Origin: an uncultured Gammaproteobacteria bacterium
Lineage (GTDB): Bacteria; Pseudomonadota; Gammaproteobacteria; Steroidobacterales; Steroidobacteraceae
Assembly: GCA_963695155.1 (NCBI GenBank)
Contig: CAVOGD010000005.1
Span: 964 to 64,963, forward strand
Reading direction: 5' to 3'
Length of the DNA: 64,000 nt
Position 1 is the first letter of the stretch. Every line of letters begins with the position of its first letter. Below the pieces are notes generated by a model, which worked only from the letters and a program-made list of their open reading frames with translations, ran no database searches and was not told the DNA's origin. Both the position numbers and the translations under genes were made by a program. Shown here piece by piece: positions 36,341-50,132 of the stretch.

Positions 36341-37519
36341 ATGACATTGAGCAGCACGATTCGCGCCTGCGCCGCGACCACGCTCGCGGCAATCGCGGCT
36401 CTCCATGCGCCGCTGGCCGCGGCGGCCGGCGCGTATGTACCACCGGCCGGCGCCTGGGCATCCAGGCCGGCCTCCGAACTTGGCATGGACGCCGCCCTCC
36501 TCGATGCCGCGGCCGCGTACGCCGTGGCGCACGAGTCGCGCCAGCCGCGGGACCTGGCGCTGGCGGTGCCGCTATCCTTTGCGCGCGAGCCGTTCGACGC
36601 GCTGATCGGCCCCACGCAACCGCGCGGCGACCCGACCGGCCTCGTGATCCGCCACGGCTTCGTCGCTGCGCAGTGGGGCGACCCGAGCCGCGTGGACATG
36701 ACGTTCAGCATCACCAAGAGCTTCCTGTCCACGGTCGTGGGCATCGCGCTGGCACGCGGCAGGATCGATGCGCTCGAGGAACGCGTGTCGTCGCGCCTCG
36801 ACCTGCCGGAATTCCGGGGCACGCCCAACGGCGAGATCACCTGGGACCAGTTGCTGCGCCAGACCAGCGGCTGGCGCGGCACGCTGTGGGGCAAGCCGGA
36901 CTGGGCCGACCGGCCGCAGGGCGACGACGCGTTCGCGTGGCCGACGGCAGCGGTGCCGGCGCCGGGCGCAGCGTGGAAATACAACGACGTGCGCGTCAAC
37001 GCGCTGGCGCTGGCGGCACTGCACCTGTGGCGCGAGCCGCTGCCGGCCGTGCTGCAGCGCGAGGTCATGGGACCGATCGGCGCCTCGGGCAGCTGGCGCT
37101 GGCACGGCTACGACAACTCGTGGGTGGACCTCGACGGGGCGCGCGTGCAGTCGGTCAGCGGCGGCGGCCATTGGGGCGGCGGCCTGTTCATCAGCGCCTG
37201 GGACCTGGCCCGCTTCGGCTTGCTGTGCCTGCGCCGCGGCCAGTGGGGTGAGGTCGAGGTGTTTCCGCCCGCCTGGTACGACATCGCCAGCCGGCCGACC
37301 GCGCACAACCCGCAGTACGGCGTCATGAACTGGTTCCTGAACACGAACCGCGAGCTGCTGCCCAGCGCGCCGGCCGAGGCCGTCGTGCACTTCGGCGCGG
37401 GCACCAACCTGGTGTACGTGGACCCGGTCAACGACCTCGTGGTGGTGGCGCGCTGGATCGAGCGCAGCGAGGTGGACGCCTTCATCGGCCGCGTGCTGGG
37501 CGCGCTGGTGCCGCAATGA
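36341..37519 (+). CDS. serine hydrolase (beta-lactamase/transpeptidase-like fold), secreted
   Basis: Signal MTLSSTIRACAATTLAAIAALHAPLAAAAG. SxxK motif is FSITKSF. 392 aa. Confidence 0.75.
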   Translation: MTLSSTIRACAATTLAAIAALHAPLAAAAGAYVPPAGAWASRPASELGMDAALLDAAAAYAVAHESRQPRDLALAVPLSFAREPFDALIGPTQPRGDPTGLVIRHGFVAAQWGDPSRVDMTFSITKSFLSTVVGIALARGRIDALEERVSSRLDLPEFRGTPNGEITWDQLLRQTSGWRGTLWGKPDWADRPQGDDAFAWPTAAVPAPGAAWKYNDVRVNALALAALHLWREPLPAVLQREVMGPIGASGSWRWHGYDNSWVDLDGARVQSVSGGGHWGGGLFISAWDLARFGLLCLRRGQWGEVEVFPPAWYDIASRPTAHNPQYGVMNWFLNTNRELLPSAPAEAVVHFGAGTNLVYVDPVNDLVVVARWIERSEVDAFIGRVLGALVPQ

Positions 37520-37535
37520 ACGGACGCGGTTTCCC

Positions 37536-39315
<1,780 letters not shown>

Positions 39316-39334
39316 CGGCCCGCAAAGAGAAAGG

Positions 39335-39358
39335 GGCCGCGCCCTCGCGGGCGCGGCC
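39335..39358 (-). terminator. GC-rich hairpin between convergent genes
   Basis: GGCCGCGCCC-TCGC-GGGCGCGGCC. On the minus strand it is followed by CCTTTCTCTTTG. Confidence 0.45.
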
Positions 39359-39388
39359 TCTGGTCATCGGACCCGAATGTACCGATGC

Positions 39389-40741
39389 TTATGGAGTGCC
39401 CGCCAGCGCGGCGTCGGCCGTGATCAGGCCGCTGCCGGTAGCGTCGGCGCCCCAGCAGCTGCCACCAAAGCACCCAGCGCCCAGGAAAATGGCTGCGGCT
39501 TCGAGGATGCCCTCGGCCTCGCCAGCCGTCAGGCCCGTCCTCTTCTGCGCCATCAGCGCGACGATGCCGGCCACATGTGGCGCGGCCATGCTGGTGCCGC
39601 TGAGGTAGTAGTAGCTCGTCTGGCCACTGTTGACCTGGTAGGGGCCGACCACCCAGGAGCCCGGCGCCGCCACGTCGAGGTCCTGCCCTGGCAGTTCGCG
39701 GCTGGAGAAGTCCGCGATATAGAAGTCAGTGGCAACCATCGGATCGGCCACATCCAGCGTTCGCCACCAGGATGGAGCCGTCCACTCGTCAACCCAACCA
39801 CTCGCCGCGACCGAGATGACCGGCGCGTAGGCGCCCGGATAGCCCATGCCGCGGTGCCGCGGTTGCCGGCCGAGGCGACGATGATCACGCCCTTGCTGAT
39901 CGCGTAGTCGATGGCGGCCTTTTCAACGCCGTCCAGCACCGAGCCGCCCAGGCTCATGTTGATGACCACCGGAGAGCCGGCCAGCGGGCCGGCCTTGAGG
40001 TCCGCCACGTAGGTGATGCCGCGCGCGATCACCGACGACCAGCCCGAGCCGTTCTGGTTCAGCACCTTGACCGGGATCACGGTGGCCATCGGGCGCGACG
40101 CCGTTGACGGGCGTGCCGCCCAGGCTGTAGCCGAGGATGGTGCTGGTGACGTGCGTGCCGTGCGAGTTCTGGTCGTGCTCCCACTTGTTGGGCTGCTCGG
40201 AGACGTTGCCGTTTTCCCCGCCGCCACCGCCGAACGACTTCGCGTACTGGGTCGCGATGCGCTCCTGCGGGAAGTACTGGCGCCAGGAGTCGAGCAGGCC
40301 GGTGTCGAGCACCGCCACGTACACGCCGCTGCCGTCGTAAGCAATCGTGGCGGTTGTCGAAGCCGAAGTCGGTGACGTTGATGGCATCGTGGTCCCAGGT
40401 GCTCAGGCCATCGGCTGAAGTCGGTGGCGGCCACGGTGTCCACCGGCGCGCCGTGGCGCTCCGCGTCGGGATTCGCCGACGCCACGAACGGCAGCGAGCG
40501 GATCGCGTCGAGGTCCGCCTCGCGGGCGCGCATGGCCAGCGCGTCGATCGCCTCGATGCGGTCCTGCACCTTGCCGAAAACCTCGAGCGCCTTGACGCGA
40601 TCGGCGGTGACGTCGCCGTTCAGGACCACGTTGATGCCGATGGTCTTGCCGGTCGTCTTGCCGGCGGGCGCCGCGTCCACCGGCGCGGCGAATGTCATCA
40701 CGATCGCAGCGGCCGACCAGGCCGGCGAGAATGCGCTTCAT
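39389..40741 (-). pseudogene. S8 family (subtilisin-like) serine peptidase, five frameshifts
   Basis: Catalytic contexts are GVYVAVLDTG (Asp), HGTHVTSTI (His) and SGTSMAAPHVAGIVALM (Ser). A collinear protein requires frame changes at about 40710, 40410, 40345, 40095 and 39850. Confidence 0.8.
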
Positions 40742-40889
40742 TGTTCGTCCCCTTTTCGATGTCGCCGGCGCAGGCCAGCTTGCTGTAATTCGCGCTGACG
40801 AACATAGGCGCCTGAACGGCGCAGGTCAACGCCGGTCCGGCTTATGTCAACCCGGCCAGGCCGACGCCGTGGCGCAGGCCGGCCGGCGC

Positions 40890-41498
40890 TCAGTTCACGC
40901 CCGTGATGTTGATGAAGCGCAGGAATTCCGTGCGCGTGCGCGGGTCGCTGCGGAACGCGCCGATCATGCGGCTGGTGACCATGGACACGCCGCGCTTGTG
41001 CACGCCGCGCGTCGTCATGCACTCGTGCTTGGCCTCGATCACGACGCCCACGCCGCGCGGCTTGAGCACCGTGTTGATGCACCGCGCAATCTCGGCGGTC
41101 ATCTTCTCCTGCACCTGGAAACGCCGCGCGTAGCCGTCCACCACCCGCGCCAGCTTGCTGATGCCGACGACCTTGTTGGTCGGCAGGTAGCCGACGTGCG
41201 CCCGGCCGATGATGGGCGCCATGTGGTGCTCGCAGTGCGACTCGAACTCGATGTCGCGCAGCACGACCATCTCGTCGTAGCCGGCGACTTCCTCGAAGGT
41301 GCGCCGCAGGTAGTCGGCGGGGTCGGTCTGGTAGCCGGAGAACCAGTCCAGGTAGCCCTCCACCACCCGGCCCGGCGTGTCGAGCAGCCCTTCGCGCCCG
41401 GGATCCTCGCCCGCCCAGCGCAATAGCGTGCGTACCGCGTTCTCGGCGGCGGCGCGCGTCACCGCCTGGGTGCCCTGTTTCTTCTTCCTGGCTGCCAT
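40890..41498 (-). CDS. folE: GTP cyclohydrolase I
   Basis: [49 protein letters not shown]. 202 aa. Confidence 0.92.
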   Translation of the reverse strand: MAARKKKQGTQAVTRAAAENAVRTLLRWAGEDPGREGLLDTPGRVVEGYLDWFSGYQTDPADYLRRTFEEVAGYDEMVVLRDIEFESHCEHHMAPIIGRAHVGYLPTNKVVGISKLARVVDGYARRFQVQEKMTAEIARCINTVLKPRGVGVVIEAKHECMTTRGVHKRGVSMVTSRMIGAFRSDPRTRTEFLRFINITGVN

Positions 41499-41624
41499 GT
41501 CCTGTCCTCCACGGCCGGTTGCCGGCCCGCCGACTATAACCCAGCGCCCGTCCCCGTCCCGGGGATGCGCGCGGCGGCGTAGCGCCGTATCCTGCGGGTC
41601 GCGACCCCCACCGAGTGCGCCACC

Positions 41625-42287
41625 ATGCTTACCGAGCGCTACAAGCAGGCCCTGCAGTTCACCGCCGAGGTCCACGAGGGCCACCAGAAGAAGGGCACCA
41701 GCGTGTCCTACCTGTCGCACCTGCTGTCGGTGTCCGCGCTGGTCATGGAAAACGACGGCGACGAGGACGAGGCGATCGCCGGCCTGTTGCACGACTCGGT
41801 CGAGGATCGCGGCGACGACTACCGGACGCGCTGCGGCGCCAAGCCGCCCGAGGGCCGCGGCGCGCTGAAGCACGACATCGAGAAGCTGTTCGGGCCGCGC
41901 GTGCGCGACCTGGTCATGCACTGCACGGACGACGAGTACCTGCCGCAGGGCAAGCCCGCGGACAAGGGCACCGCGGAGGAATGGCACACCCGCAAGGCGG
42001 CCTACCTGAAGCGCCTCAGGATCCAGCCCGACACCGGTGCGTTGCGGGTGGCCTGCGCCGACAAGCTGCACAATGCGCGCGCCATCCTGGTCGACTACCA
42101 GACCCTCGGCGAGGAGGTGTGGCAGCGCTTCCGCGTCAAGACGCGCAAGCAGCAGCTCTGGTACTACCGCGGCCTGGCCGACATCTTCACGGAGCGCGCC
42201 ACGGAATTCGACGACGTGGGCCTCAAGCGCCTCGCCTCCATGCTGGACGCCACGGTGCGCGCCATCGAACGCATGAAGCCCGACTAG
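41625..42287 (+). CDS. HD domain-containing protein (RelA/SpoT-type hydrolase-like)
   Basis: [32 protein letters not shown]...[10 protein letters not shown] (H...HD...D pattern). Confidence 0.7.
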   Translation: MLTERYKQALQFTAEVHEGHQKKGTSVSYLSHLLSVSALVMENDGDEDEAIAGLLHDSVEDRGDDYRTRCGAKPPEGRGALKHDIEKLFGPRVRDLVMHCTDDEYLPQGKPADKGTAEEWHTRKAAYLKRLRIQPDTGALRVACADKLHNARAILVDYQTLGEEVWQRFRVKTRKQQLWYYRGLADIFTERATEFDDVGLKRLASMLDATVRAIERMKPD

Positions 42288-43312
42288 TCGTGCAGTTCCA
42301 CGACGTCGCCGTCCGCGACGGCGTGGTCGCGGCCGACCTGCTGGCCGTCGAAGCCTGAGCTGCCCCACAGGCGTGCGAAGCGGATCGTGTCGGCCAGCTC
42401 GCGGTGCACGAGGCGCGCCACGTCGGCCACTGTCTGGCCGCGGCTCAGCGTGAACGGCTTCGTCTGGTCCGCCGGCTTGCCCGGCGCCTTGGTGTAGACG
42501 CGCACGATCGCCAGCTCGTTAAACAGCCACTTGCCGAGCGCGCCCAGGCCCTCGCCAGTCTCCGCCGAGACCGCCAGCGCCGGGAAGCGGGTGCCGAGCA
42601 GTTCCTTGAGCGCGCCGATGTCGGCCGCGCAGTCGGGGTCGAGGTCCGCCTTGTTGGCCAGCAGCAGCGTCGGCAGCGCCAGCCCGAACGGGTCGTCCTC
42701 GTCGTCCTGCGCGGCCGCCGCCGGCGCGCGGTCCGACCCGGGCCAGATCCGCGTCAGGCCGACCCGGCGCTCCGCGAGTATGTCCATCACGTCCGCCGCC
42801 TGTTGCACGACCGCGGCATCGGCGATGTCCAGCACCAGCAGGCAGGCGTCGGCCGACTGCAGGGTGCTGCCGATCCACGTCACCGGGTGCTGCGACGACA
42901 GCGGCGGCAGGTCCACCAGCTGCAGGTGGATGTCCTCGATGGGCATCATTCCCGGCTCGGGGAACTGGGTCGTGAACGGGTACGGCGCGATCCTGGCCGA
43001 GGAACCCGTCAGGCGCGCGTGCAGCGCCGACTTGCCGCTGTTGGGGGGCCCGATGAGCGCCAGCTGGGCCGCGCCCTCGGGGCGGATGACCAGCGCCGGA
43101 CCGCTGCGCGCGCCGCCCTTCTTCGGCCCCGCCAGTTCCTCGTCGAGTTCCTTGATGCGGCGCTTGAGGTCCGCCTGCAGGTGGTCCGTGCCCTTGTGCT
43201 TCGGGATGACCCGCAGCATCTCGCGCAGGTGCTCGAGCCGCTGCTCGGGATCGCGCGCGCGCCGCAGCGCCTCGGCGGCGGCCTTGTATTCCGGTGACAG
43301 GTTAGCCGGCAC
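42284..43312 (-). CDS. Obg/DRG-like GTPase with C-terminal TGS domain
   Basis: G1 is GPPNSGKS. G2 region is YPFTT. G3 position reads DLPP instead of DxxG. G4 is NKAD. The TGS-like tail reads VYTKAPGK...[15 protein letters not shown]...DGDVVELH. Confidence 0.8.
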   Translation of the reverse strand: MPANLSPEYKAAAEALRRARDPEQRLEHLREMLRVIPKHKGTDHLQADLKRRIKELDEELAGPKKGGARSGPALVIRPEGAAQLALIGPPNSGKSALHARLTGSSARIAPYPFTTQFPEPGMMPIEDIHLQLVDLPPLSSQHPVTWIGSTLQSADACLLVLDIADAAVVQQAADVMDILAERRVGLTRIWPGSDRAPAAAAQDDEDDPFGLALPTLLLANKADLDPDCAADIGALKELLGTRFPALAVSAETGEGLGALGKWLFNELAIVRVYTKAPGKPADQTKPFTLSRGQTVADVARLVHRELADTIRFARLWGSSGFDGQQVGRDHAVADGDVVELHD

Positions 43313-43339
43313 TTTCCCTCGCCAGGCGCGGCCGCCGGC

Positions 43340-44050
43340 TCAATCGCCGGTCAGCGCGTCGAGCACCAGCCGCACCATGTCGTCCACCCCGGTGGCGCGC
43401 TGCTCCGCCGTCATCTGCTCGTCGTGCAGCAGGTGATCGCTGACCGTCATCACGGCCAGCGCCTCGACGCCCATCTCGGCCGCCAGTGCATACAGCGCCG
43501 CCGCCTCCATCTCGATGGCGAGGACGCCCATCCGCGCCAGCAGCTTCCGCAGCGCCGGGTCCGGGTGATAGAAGATGTCGCTGGAAAAGACGTTGCCGAC
43601 GCGCACTTCACGCTGCCGCGCCTCGGCCTCGCGGGTCACCTTGCGCAGCAGCGGCCAGCTCGCCGTCGCCGGCAGGTCGTAGTCCAGGAAGCGGATGCGG
43701 TTGACGCGCGAGTCGGTGCCGGCACCGAGCGCCACCACGATGTCGCCGACGCCCAGCGATGCGCAGACGGCGCCGCAGGTCCCGACCCGCACCAGGCGCT
43801 TGACGCCGAAGTCGCGCACCAGTTCGGTGGCGTAGATGAGCGTGGACGGGATGCCCATGCCGCCGCCCATCACCGACAGGCGCCGGCCGCGCCAGCTGCC
43901 CGTGTAGCCCAGCATGTTGCGTACGTTGTTGACCTCGACCGAGCCCTCGAGCAGCGTCTCGGCGATGTGCCTGGCGCGCAGCGGGTCGCCCGGCAGCAGC
44001 ACCGTGTCCGCGAAATCGCCCGGCTCGGCGTTGATGTGAGGTGAACTCAT
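43340..44050 (-). CDS. deoD: purine-nucleoside phosphorylase, DeoD type
   Basis: HINAEPGDFADTVLLPGDPLRA, MGGGMGIPS, AIEMEAAALYA. 236 aa. The ATG overlaps the deoB stop. Confidence 0.9.
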   Translation of the reverse strand: MSSPHINAEPGDFADTVLLPGDPLRARHIAETLLEGSVEVNNVRNMLGYTGSWRGRRLSVMGGGMGIPSTLIYATELVRDFGVKRLVRVGTCGAVCASLGVGDIVVALGAGTDSRVNRIRFLDYDLPATASWPLLRKVTREAEARQREVRVGNVFSSDIFYHPDPALRKLLARMGVLAIEMEAAALYALAAEMGVEALAVMTVSDHLLHDEQMTAEQRATGVDDMVRLVLDALTGD

Positions 44051-45327
44051 GCGTTGCTCCGTGTCGCCCGGCCGCCCGCGGGCTGCGGCAGGAAGGACGT
44101 GCCATGGACGAGCGGCGCGATGCCGAACCACTCGGCCAGCGACTGGCCGATGTCGGCGAAGGTCTCGCGCCGGCCTATCGAGCGCGGCGGCAGGGCCGGA
44201 CCGGCGGCCAGCACCGGCACGAACTCGCGGGTGTGGTTCCAGCCCTCCCAGGTCGGGTCGTTGCCGTGGTCCGCGGTCAGCACCAGCAGGTCGTTCACGC
44301 CCAGCCGCCCGAGCAGCGTCTCGAGCATGCCGTCGAACCGCTCCAGCTCGGCCGCGTAGCCGGGCACGTTGCGCCGGTGGCCGTATTCCTGGTCGAAGTC
44401 CACGAGGTTCGTGAACACCAGCGTGCGGTCGCCGGCCTGAAGCAGTGCGCGCTGCGAGGCTTCCATCAGCCCCGCCAGGCCGCTGGCCTTGACGCCATGC
44501 GAGATGCCGCGGCCGGCGAAGATGTCCGGCACCTTGCCCACGCCCACCACGGTGCCGCCTGCGGCGACGAGCCCGTCCAGCACCGTGCCGGCGGGCGGCG
44601 GCACCGAATAGTCGCGGCGATGCGCGGTGCGCCTGAAGTCCCCGGCCGACGTGCCCAGGAACGGCCGGGCGATGACGCGGCCGATGCGCAGTTCGTCCAC
44701 CAGCAAGCGCGCGGCGGCGCATATCTCGTACAGGCGCTCGAGCCCGAAGGCCTCCTCGTGCGCGCAGATCTGCAGCACGGAATCGGCGGAGCAGTACACG
44801 ATCGGCCGGCCGGTCCGCAGGTGTTCCTCGCCCAGTTCCTCGATGATCGTCGTGCCCGACGCATGCCGGTTGCCCAGGAACCCCGCCACGCCGGTACGGC
44901 GCGCGAGCTCGTCGAGCAGCGGTTGCGGCACCGAGTCGGTGAGGCGCGTGAAGTAGCCCCATTCATGCTCGACGGGCTGGCCCGCCATTTCCCAGTGTCC
45001 CGAGATCGTGTCCTTGCCCTTCGACAGCTCGGCCGACCAGCCCCAGGTGCCGGTGGGCGCCTGCGGGGTCGCAAAACCGGCCGGCCGCGCGCCGCGCGCG
45101 CCCGCCGCCGCCTCGACCAGCCCCAGGCGCTGCAGCGTCGGGATGCGCAGCGGCCCGGAACGTCCCTGGTCCGCACGGCCGGCGGCGCAGGCCTCCGCGA
45201 TGTGCCCGAACGTGTCGGCGCCCGCGTCGCCATAGCTGGCGGCGTCGGGCAACGCGCCGATGCCCAGGGAATCCACCACCAGCAGCAAGGCGCGGCGCGG
45301 TGCCCGGTTCGTTTGGGTGTCGCTCAT
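44047..45327 (-). CDS. deoB: phosphopentomutase
   Basis: LLVVDSLGIGALPDAASYGDAGADTFGHI, GKDTISGHWEMAG, LVDFDQEYGHRRN, LTADHGNDPT. Confidence 0.9.
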   Translation of the reverse strand: MSDTQTNRAPRRALLLVVDSLGIGALPDAASYGDAGADTFGHIAEACAAGRADQGRSGPLRIPTLQRLGLVEAAAGARGARPAGFATPQAPTGTWGWSAELSKGKDTISGHWEMAGQPVEHEWGYFTRLTDSVPQPLLDELARRTGVAGFLGNRHASGTTIIEELGEEHLRTGRPIVYCSADSVLQICAHEEAFGLERLYEICAAARLLVDELRIGRVIARPFLGTSAGDFRRTAHRRDYSVPPPAGTVLDGLVAAGGTVVGVGKVPDIFAGRGISHGVKASGLAGLMEASQRALLQAGDRTLVFTNLVDFDQEYGHRRNVPGYAAELERFDGMLETLLGRLGVNDLLVLTADHGNDPTWEGWNHTREFVPVLAAGPALPPRSIGRRETFADIGQSLAEWFGIAPLVHGTSFLPQPAGGRATRSNA

Positions 45328-45339
45328 GCGCCTGTATTA

Positions 45340-46683
<1,344 letters not shown>

Positions 46684-46828
46684 GATGCGGCGGGCCGGCC
46701 CGCCAGCCACCCATGCGTGCGTCGCGGAAATAGCGGCAGGTCGAGAATCACGGTTGGCTCCATGGGGATCCGGCCCACGATACGGCAGGCCCGCGCCACG
46801 TCAAGGACCCACGGCCGTACGCGCGCGC

Positions 46829-47281
46829 TCAACCCGCCGACAGCTTGAAGGCGCAGGGCAGGAGCTCGCCGATGCTCATGCTGCGCAGCCCGGCACCGTG
46901 CCAGGCAAAGTGCACGATCGCGTCCTCGCCGGCCGCGTGCTCGAAGATGCGCTGCCGGCAACCGCCGCAGGGCGAAATCGCGGCCGCCTGGCCCGCCTTG
47001 CCCGCCGCCCAGACCGCGACCTCGGCAATTCGGAATGCGGGGCCTTCGGCCAGCACGCCGGCGGCGATGGCCCCCGCCTCGGCGCAGCTGCCCAGCGGGT
47101 AGGCCGCATTCTCCACGTTGCAACCTGCGTACACGCTGCCCGACGTCGCCAGCACCGCGGCACCCACGTGCAGCCCTGAATACGCGGCATGCGCCTGTGG
47201 GGCGGCGGCCTCCGCCGCGGCCAGCAGCGCTTTGCGCGTGGCCGCCCGGCCGGGCACCAGTGGGAGACGATGGTCGGTCAT
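46829..47281 (-). CDS. cdd: cytidine deaminase
   Basis: Zinc motifs are CAEAGAI and SPCGGCRQ. The start is at MTDHRLPL (47281). Confidence 0.85.
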   Translation of the reverse strand: MTDHRLPLVPGRAATRKALLAAAEAAAPQAHAAYSGLHVGAAVLATSGSVYAGCNVENAAYPLGSCAEAGAIAAGVLAEGPAFRIAEVAVWAAGKAGQAAAISPCGGCRQRIFEHAAGEDAIVHFAWHGAGLRSMSIGELLPCAFKLSAG

Positions 47282-47626
47282 GAGTGGGCGTTTCCGCGAT
47301 CCCGGCACCGGCGCCGGGCGCACACTTTGCCTCCTGCCGATGGCAATGGCCACTGGGTGGGCCACAGGGATCGCTCAATGCGGACATCCTGGACCGGCGC
47401 ATGGACCAAAGATGTGCCAAAATAAGTCGTTACATCAAGGGGTTGTGGTACGTCCGGCGCGGCGCCGATCCTGCCGTCCGACCGCTCGCCACGGACCCGG
47501 GATCGAGGCAGCGCCAGGCAGCGCGGAGGTCTTGCGGTAATTCGCATTGCGCCGGCGGCGATGAACGGTAAATTGGGCGCCCCCCGGCCGGACCGGGGCG
47601 GGTGTCGTTTGCGAGAGAGGGGCAGC

Positions 47627-48520
47627 ATGAGCAGCAAACAGACTGGGGCCGGCTTCGAGATCGTCGCGCGCGAGGACTTCTCGGATGTCACGTACCTGCT
47701 GGAGGTGCACCATCCCGCGATGGCGCGCGCCGCGAAGCCAGGTCAGTTCGTGATCGTGATGTGTCACGAGAACGGCGAGCGCATCCCGCTCACCATCGCC
47801 GACTACGATCGCGCCAGGGGCACCATCACGCTGGTCATCCAGGCGGTCGGCAAGTCCACCCGCGAGATGCAGCAGGACTGCCAGGTCGGCACGAAGCTGT
47901 TCGCACTGGTCGGGCCGATGGGCATCCCGAGCCACATCGGCAAGCCGAAGAAGGTGCTGTGTGTCGGCGGCGGCCTGGGCGTCGCGCCGGTGTTTCCGCA
48001 GGCCCGCGCCTTCAAGGAAGCCGGCGCCTACGTCATCGGCGTGGTCGGGTTCCGCAACAAGGACCTGGTCTTCTGGGAAGACAAGTTCCGCGCCTGCTGC
48101 GACGAGCTGATCGTCTGCACCGATGACGGATCGGCGGGCGTCAAGGGCATGGTGACGGAAGGCATCCGGCTGGCCGTCGAGCGTCACGCCGACATAGACG
48201 AGTGCCTCGCCATCGGCCCGCCGATCATGATGAAGGGCTGCGCCGAGGCGACCCGCCCGCACGGCATCAAGACGATGGTCAGCCTCAATCCCATCATGGT
48301 GGACGGCACCGGCATGTGCGGCGGCTGTCGCGTGAAGATCGGCGAGAGCATCAAGTTCGCCTGCGTGGACGGTCCCGATTTCGACGGCCATACGGTGGAC
48401 TTCGACGACCTGATGGCGCGGCTCAGCCGCTACCAGGCGACCGAGCGCGACGCCTACCAGCGCTGGCAGGACAGCTGCCGCCTGCGCAGCCAGGCCGACG
48501 GCAAGGCCGCCCGCGCCTGA
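47627..48520 (+). CDS. NfnA/SudB/PyrK-like FAD/NAD(P)-binding [2Fe-2S] oxidoreductase subunit
   Basis: FEIVAREDFSDVTYLLEVHHP, RIPLTIADYD, VGGGLGVAPV, and the C-terminal cluster motif GMCGGCRV...FACVDGPDF. Confidence 0.85.
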   Translation: MSSKQTGAGFEIVAREDFSDVTYLLEVHHPAMARAAKPGQFVIVMCHENGERIPLTIADYDRARGTITLVIQAVGKSTREMQQDCQVGTKLFALVGPMGIPSHIGKPKKVLCVGGGLGVAPVFPQARAFKEAGAYVIGVVGFRNKDLVFWEDKFRACCDELIVCTDDGSAGVKGMVTEGIRLAVERHADIDECLAIGPPIMMKGCAEATRPHGIKTMVSLNPIMVDGTGMCGGCRVKIGESIKFACVDGPDFDGHTVDFDDLMARLSRYQATERDAYQRWQDSCRLRSQADGKAARA

Positions 48521-48561
48521 TTCCGCACCCGACGGCATCCTGAACACCAGGCGGTAACCCG

Positions 48562-50112
48562 ATGGCAGTCAAGAAGCGGACGATCCGCACCATTCCCCAG
48601 GAGCGGACCCCCGCGCGCGAGCAGGATCCCGCCGAGCGGGCCAGGAATTTCCGCGAGGTCAACTGCGGCTACACGCCGGAGGACGCGCTGCGCGAGGCCG
48701 AGCGCTGCCTGTACTGCCCCGAGCAGCCCTGCGTGGCCGGCTGCCCGGTCAACATCGACATTCCGGGGTTCATCCAGAGGATCAGCGAGCAGAACTACCG
48801 CGGCGCCTACGACGTCATCACCGACACCAACCTGCTGCCGGCGATCTGCGGGCGCGTCTGCCCGCAGGAGACGCAGTGCGAGAAGGTGTGCACCGTCGGC
48901 GAGGGCAAGCTGGAGCCGGTCGCGATCGGGCGCCTCGAGCGCTGGGTCGGCGACATGGCCATCGCCGAGAACTGGACCAACATTCCCTACATCGAGCCGA
49001 ACGGCCTGCGCGTCGGCATCGTCGGTTCCGGGCCGGCGGGCATGGCCTGCGCAGCCGACATGGCCAAGGCCGGCTGCGACGTCACGGTGTTCGAGGCCTT
49101 CCACGAACCCGGCGGCGTGCTGAAGTACGGCATCCCCGACTTCCGGCTGCCCAACGAGGTGATCGACGCCGAGATCGACAAGCTGGTCAGGCTCGGCATC
49201 CGCTTCGAGTGCAACACGCTGGTGGGCCGGCTGTTCACCATCGAGCAGATGCTGCAGGACATGGGCTTCCATGCCGTGTTCATCGGTACCGGCGCCGGCT
49301 ACCCCAGCTTCATGGGCATCCCGGGCGAGTCGCTGAACGGCGTGCTGTCCGCCAACGAGCTGCTGACCCGCTGCAACCTGATGCGCGGCCGCGACTTCCC
49401 GAACTTCGACACGCCGATCCAGCCGGGCAAGCGGGTCGCCGTGATCGGCGCGGGCAACACGGCAATGGACGCGATGCGCGTCAGCCTGCGGCTCGGCGCC
49501 GAGAAGGTGTACTGCATCTACCGGCGCACCCTCGACGAGGCGCCGGCGCGCGTCGAGGAGATCCACCATGCCGAGGAGGAAGGCGTCGAGTTCCACTGGC
49601 TGACCAGCCCGGTCGAGCTCCTCGACGACGGCAACAAGGGCGTGCGCGGCATGCGCTGCATCAGGATGGAGCTCGGCGCGCCGGACGACTCGGGGCGCCG
49701 CCGGCCGGTGCCGGTCGAGGGCAGCGAGTTCGAGTTCGAGGCCGACATGATCGTCTATGCGATCGGCACCAACGCCAACCCGATCATCGGCCAGACCTCG
49801 GGGCTGAAGCTGAACAAGCGGGGCTACATCGCGGCCGACGAGAACCTCGCGACCTCCATCGCGGGGGTGTACGCGGGCGGCGACATCGTGACCGGCGCCG
49901 CAACCGTCATCGAGGCCATGGGCGCCGGCCGCAGGGCGGCGCGCGCGATGAAGGACTGGCTCGGGCTGCGCGACACCGAGGTCGTCTACCGCGACCCGCC
50001 GGAAGGCCCGGTTGACCGGCCGTTCGGCTTCGATCCGTCGGAGCACGACTTCGCACTGGTGAGGATCCCGGCGCCAGCCGCCGCACAGCAGACCGGGGGC
50101 ACGCCGGCCTGA
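48562..50112 (+). CDS. GltD/NfnB-like NAD(P)H-dependent FAD oxidoreductase subunit (glutamate synthase small chain family)
   Basis: Fe-S Cys motifs are CLYCPEQPCVAGCP and CGRVCPQETQCEKVC. Dinucleotide folds are VGIVGSGPAGMACA and VAVIGAGNTAMD. GVYAGGD is present. Confidence 0.88.
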   Translation: MAVKKRTIRTIPQERTPAREQDPAERARNFREVNCGYTPEDALREAERCLYCPEQPCVAGCPVNIDIPGFIQRISEQNYRGAYDVITDTNLLPAICGRVCPQETQCEKVCTVGEGKLEPVAIGRLERWVGDMAIAENWTNIPYIEPNGLRVGIVGSGPAGMACAADMAKAGCDVTVFEAFHEPGGVLKYGIPDFRLPNEVIDAEIDKLVRLGIRFECNTLVGRLFTIEQMLQDMGFHAVFIGTGAGYPSFMGIPGESLNGVLSANELLTRCNLMRGRDFPNFDTPIQPGKRVAVIGAGNTAMDAMRVSLRLGAEKVYCIYRRTLDEAPARVEEIHHAEEEGVEFHWLTSPVELLDDGNKGVRGMRCIRMELGAPDDSGRRRPVPVEGSEFEFEADMIVYAIGTNANPIIGQTSGLKLNKRGYIAADENLATSIAGVYAGGDIVTGAATVIEAMGAGRRAARAMKDWLGLRDTEVVYRDPPEGPVDRPFGFDPSEHDFALVRIPAPAAAQQTGGTPA

Positions 50113-50132
50113 GGCCGCGCGGCAAGGACATC

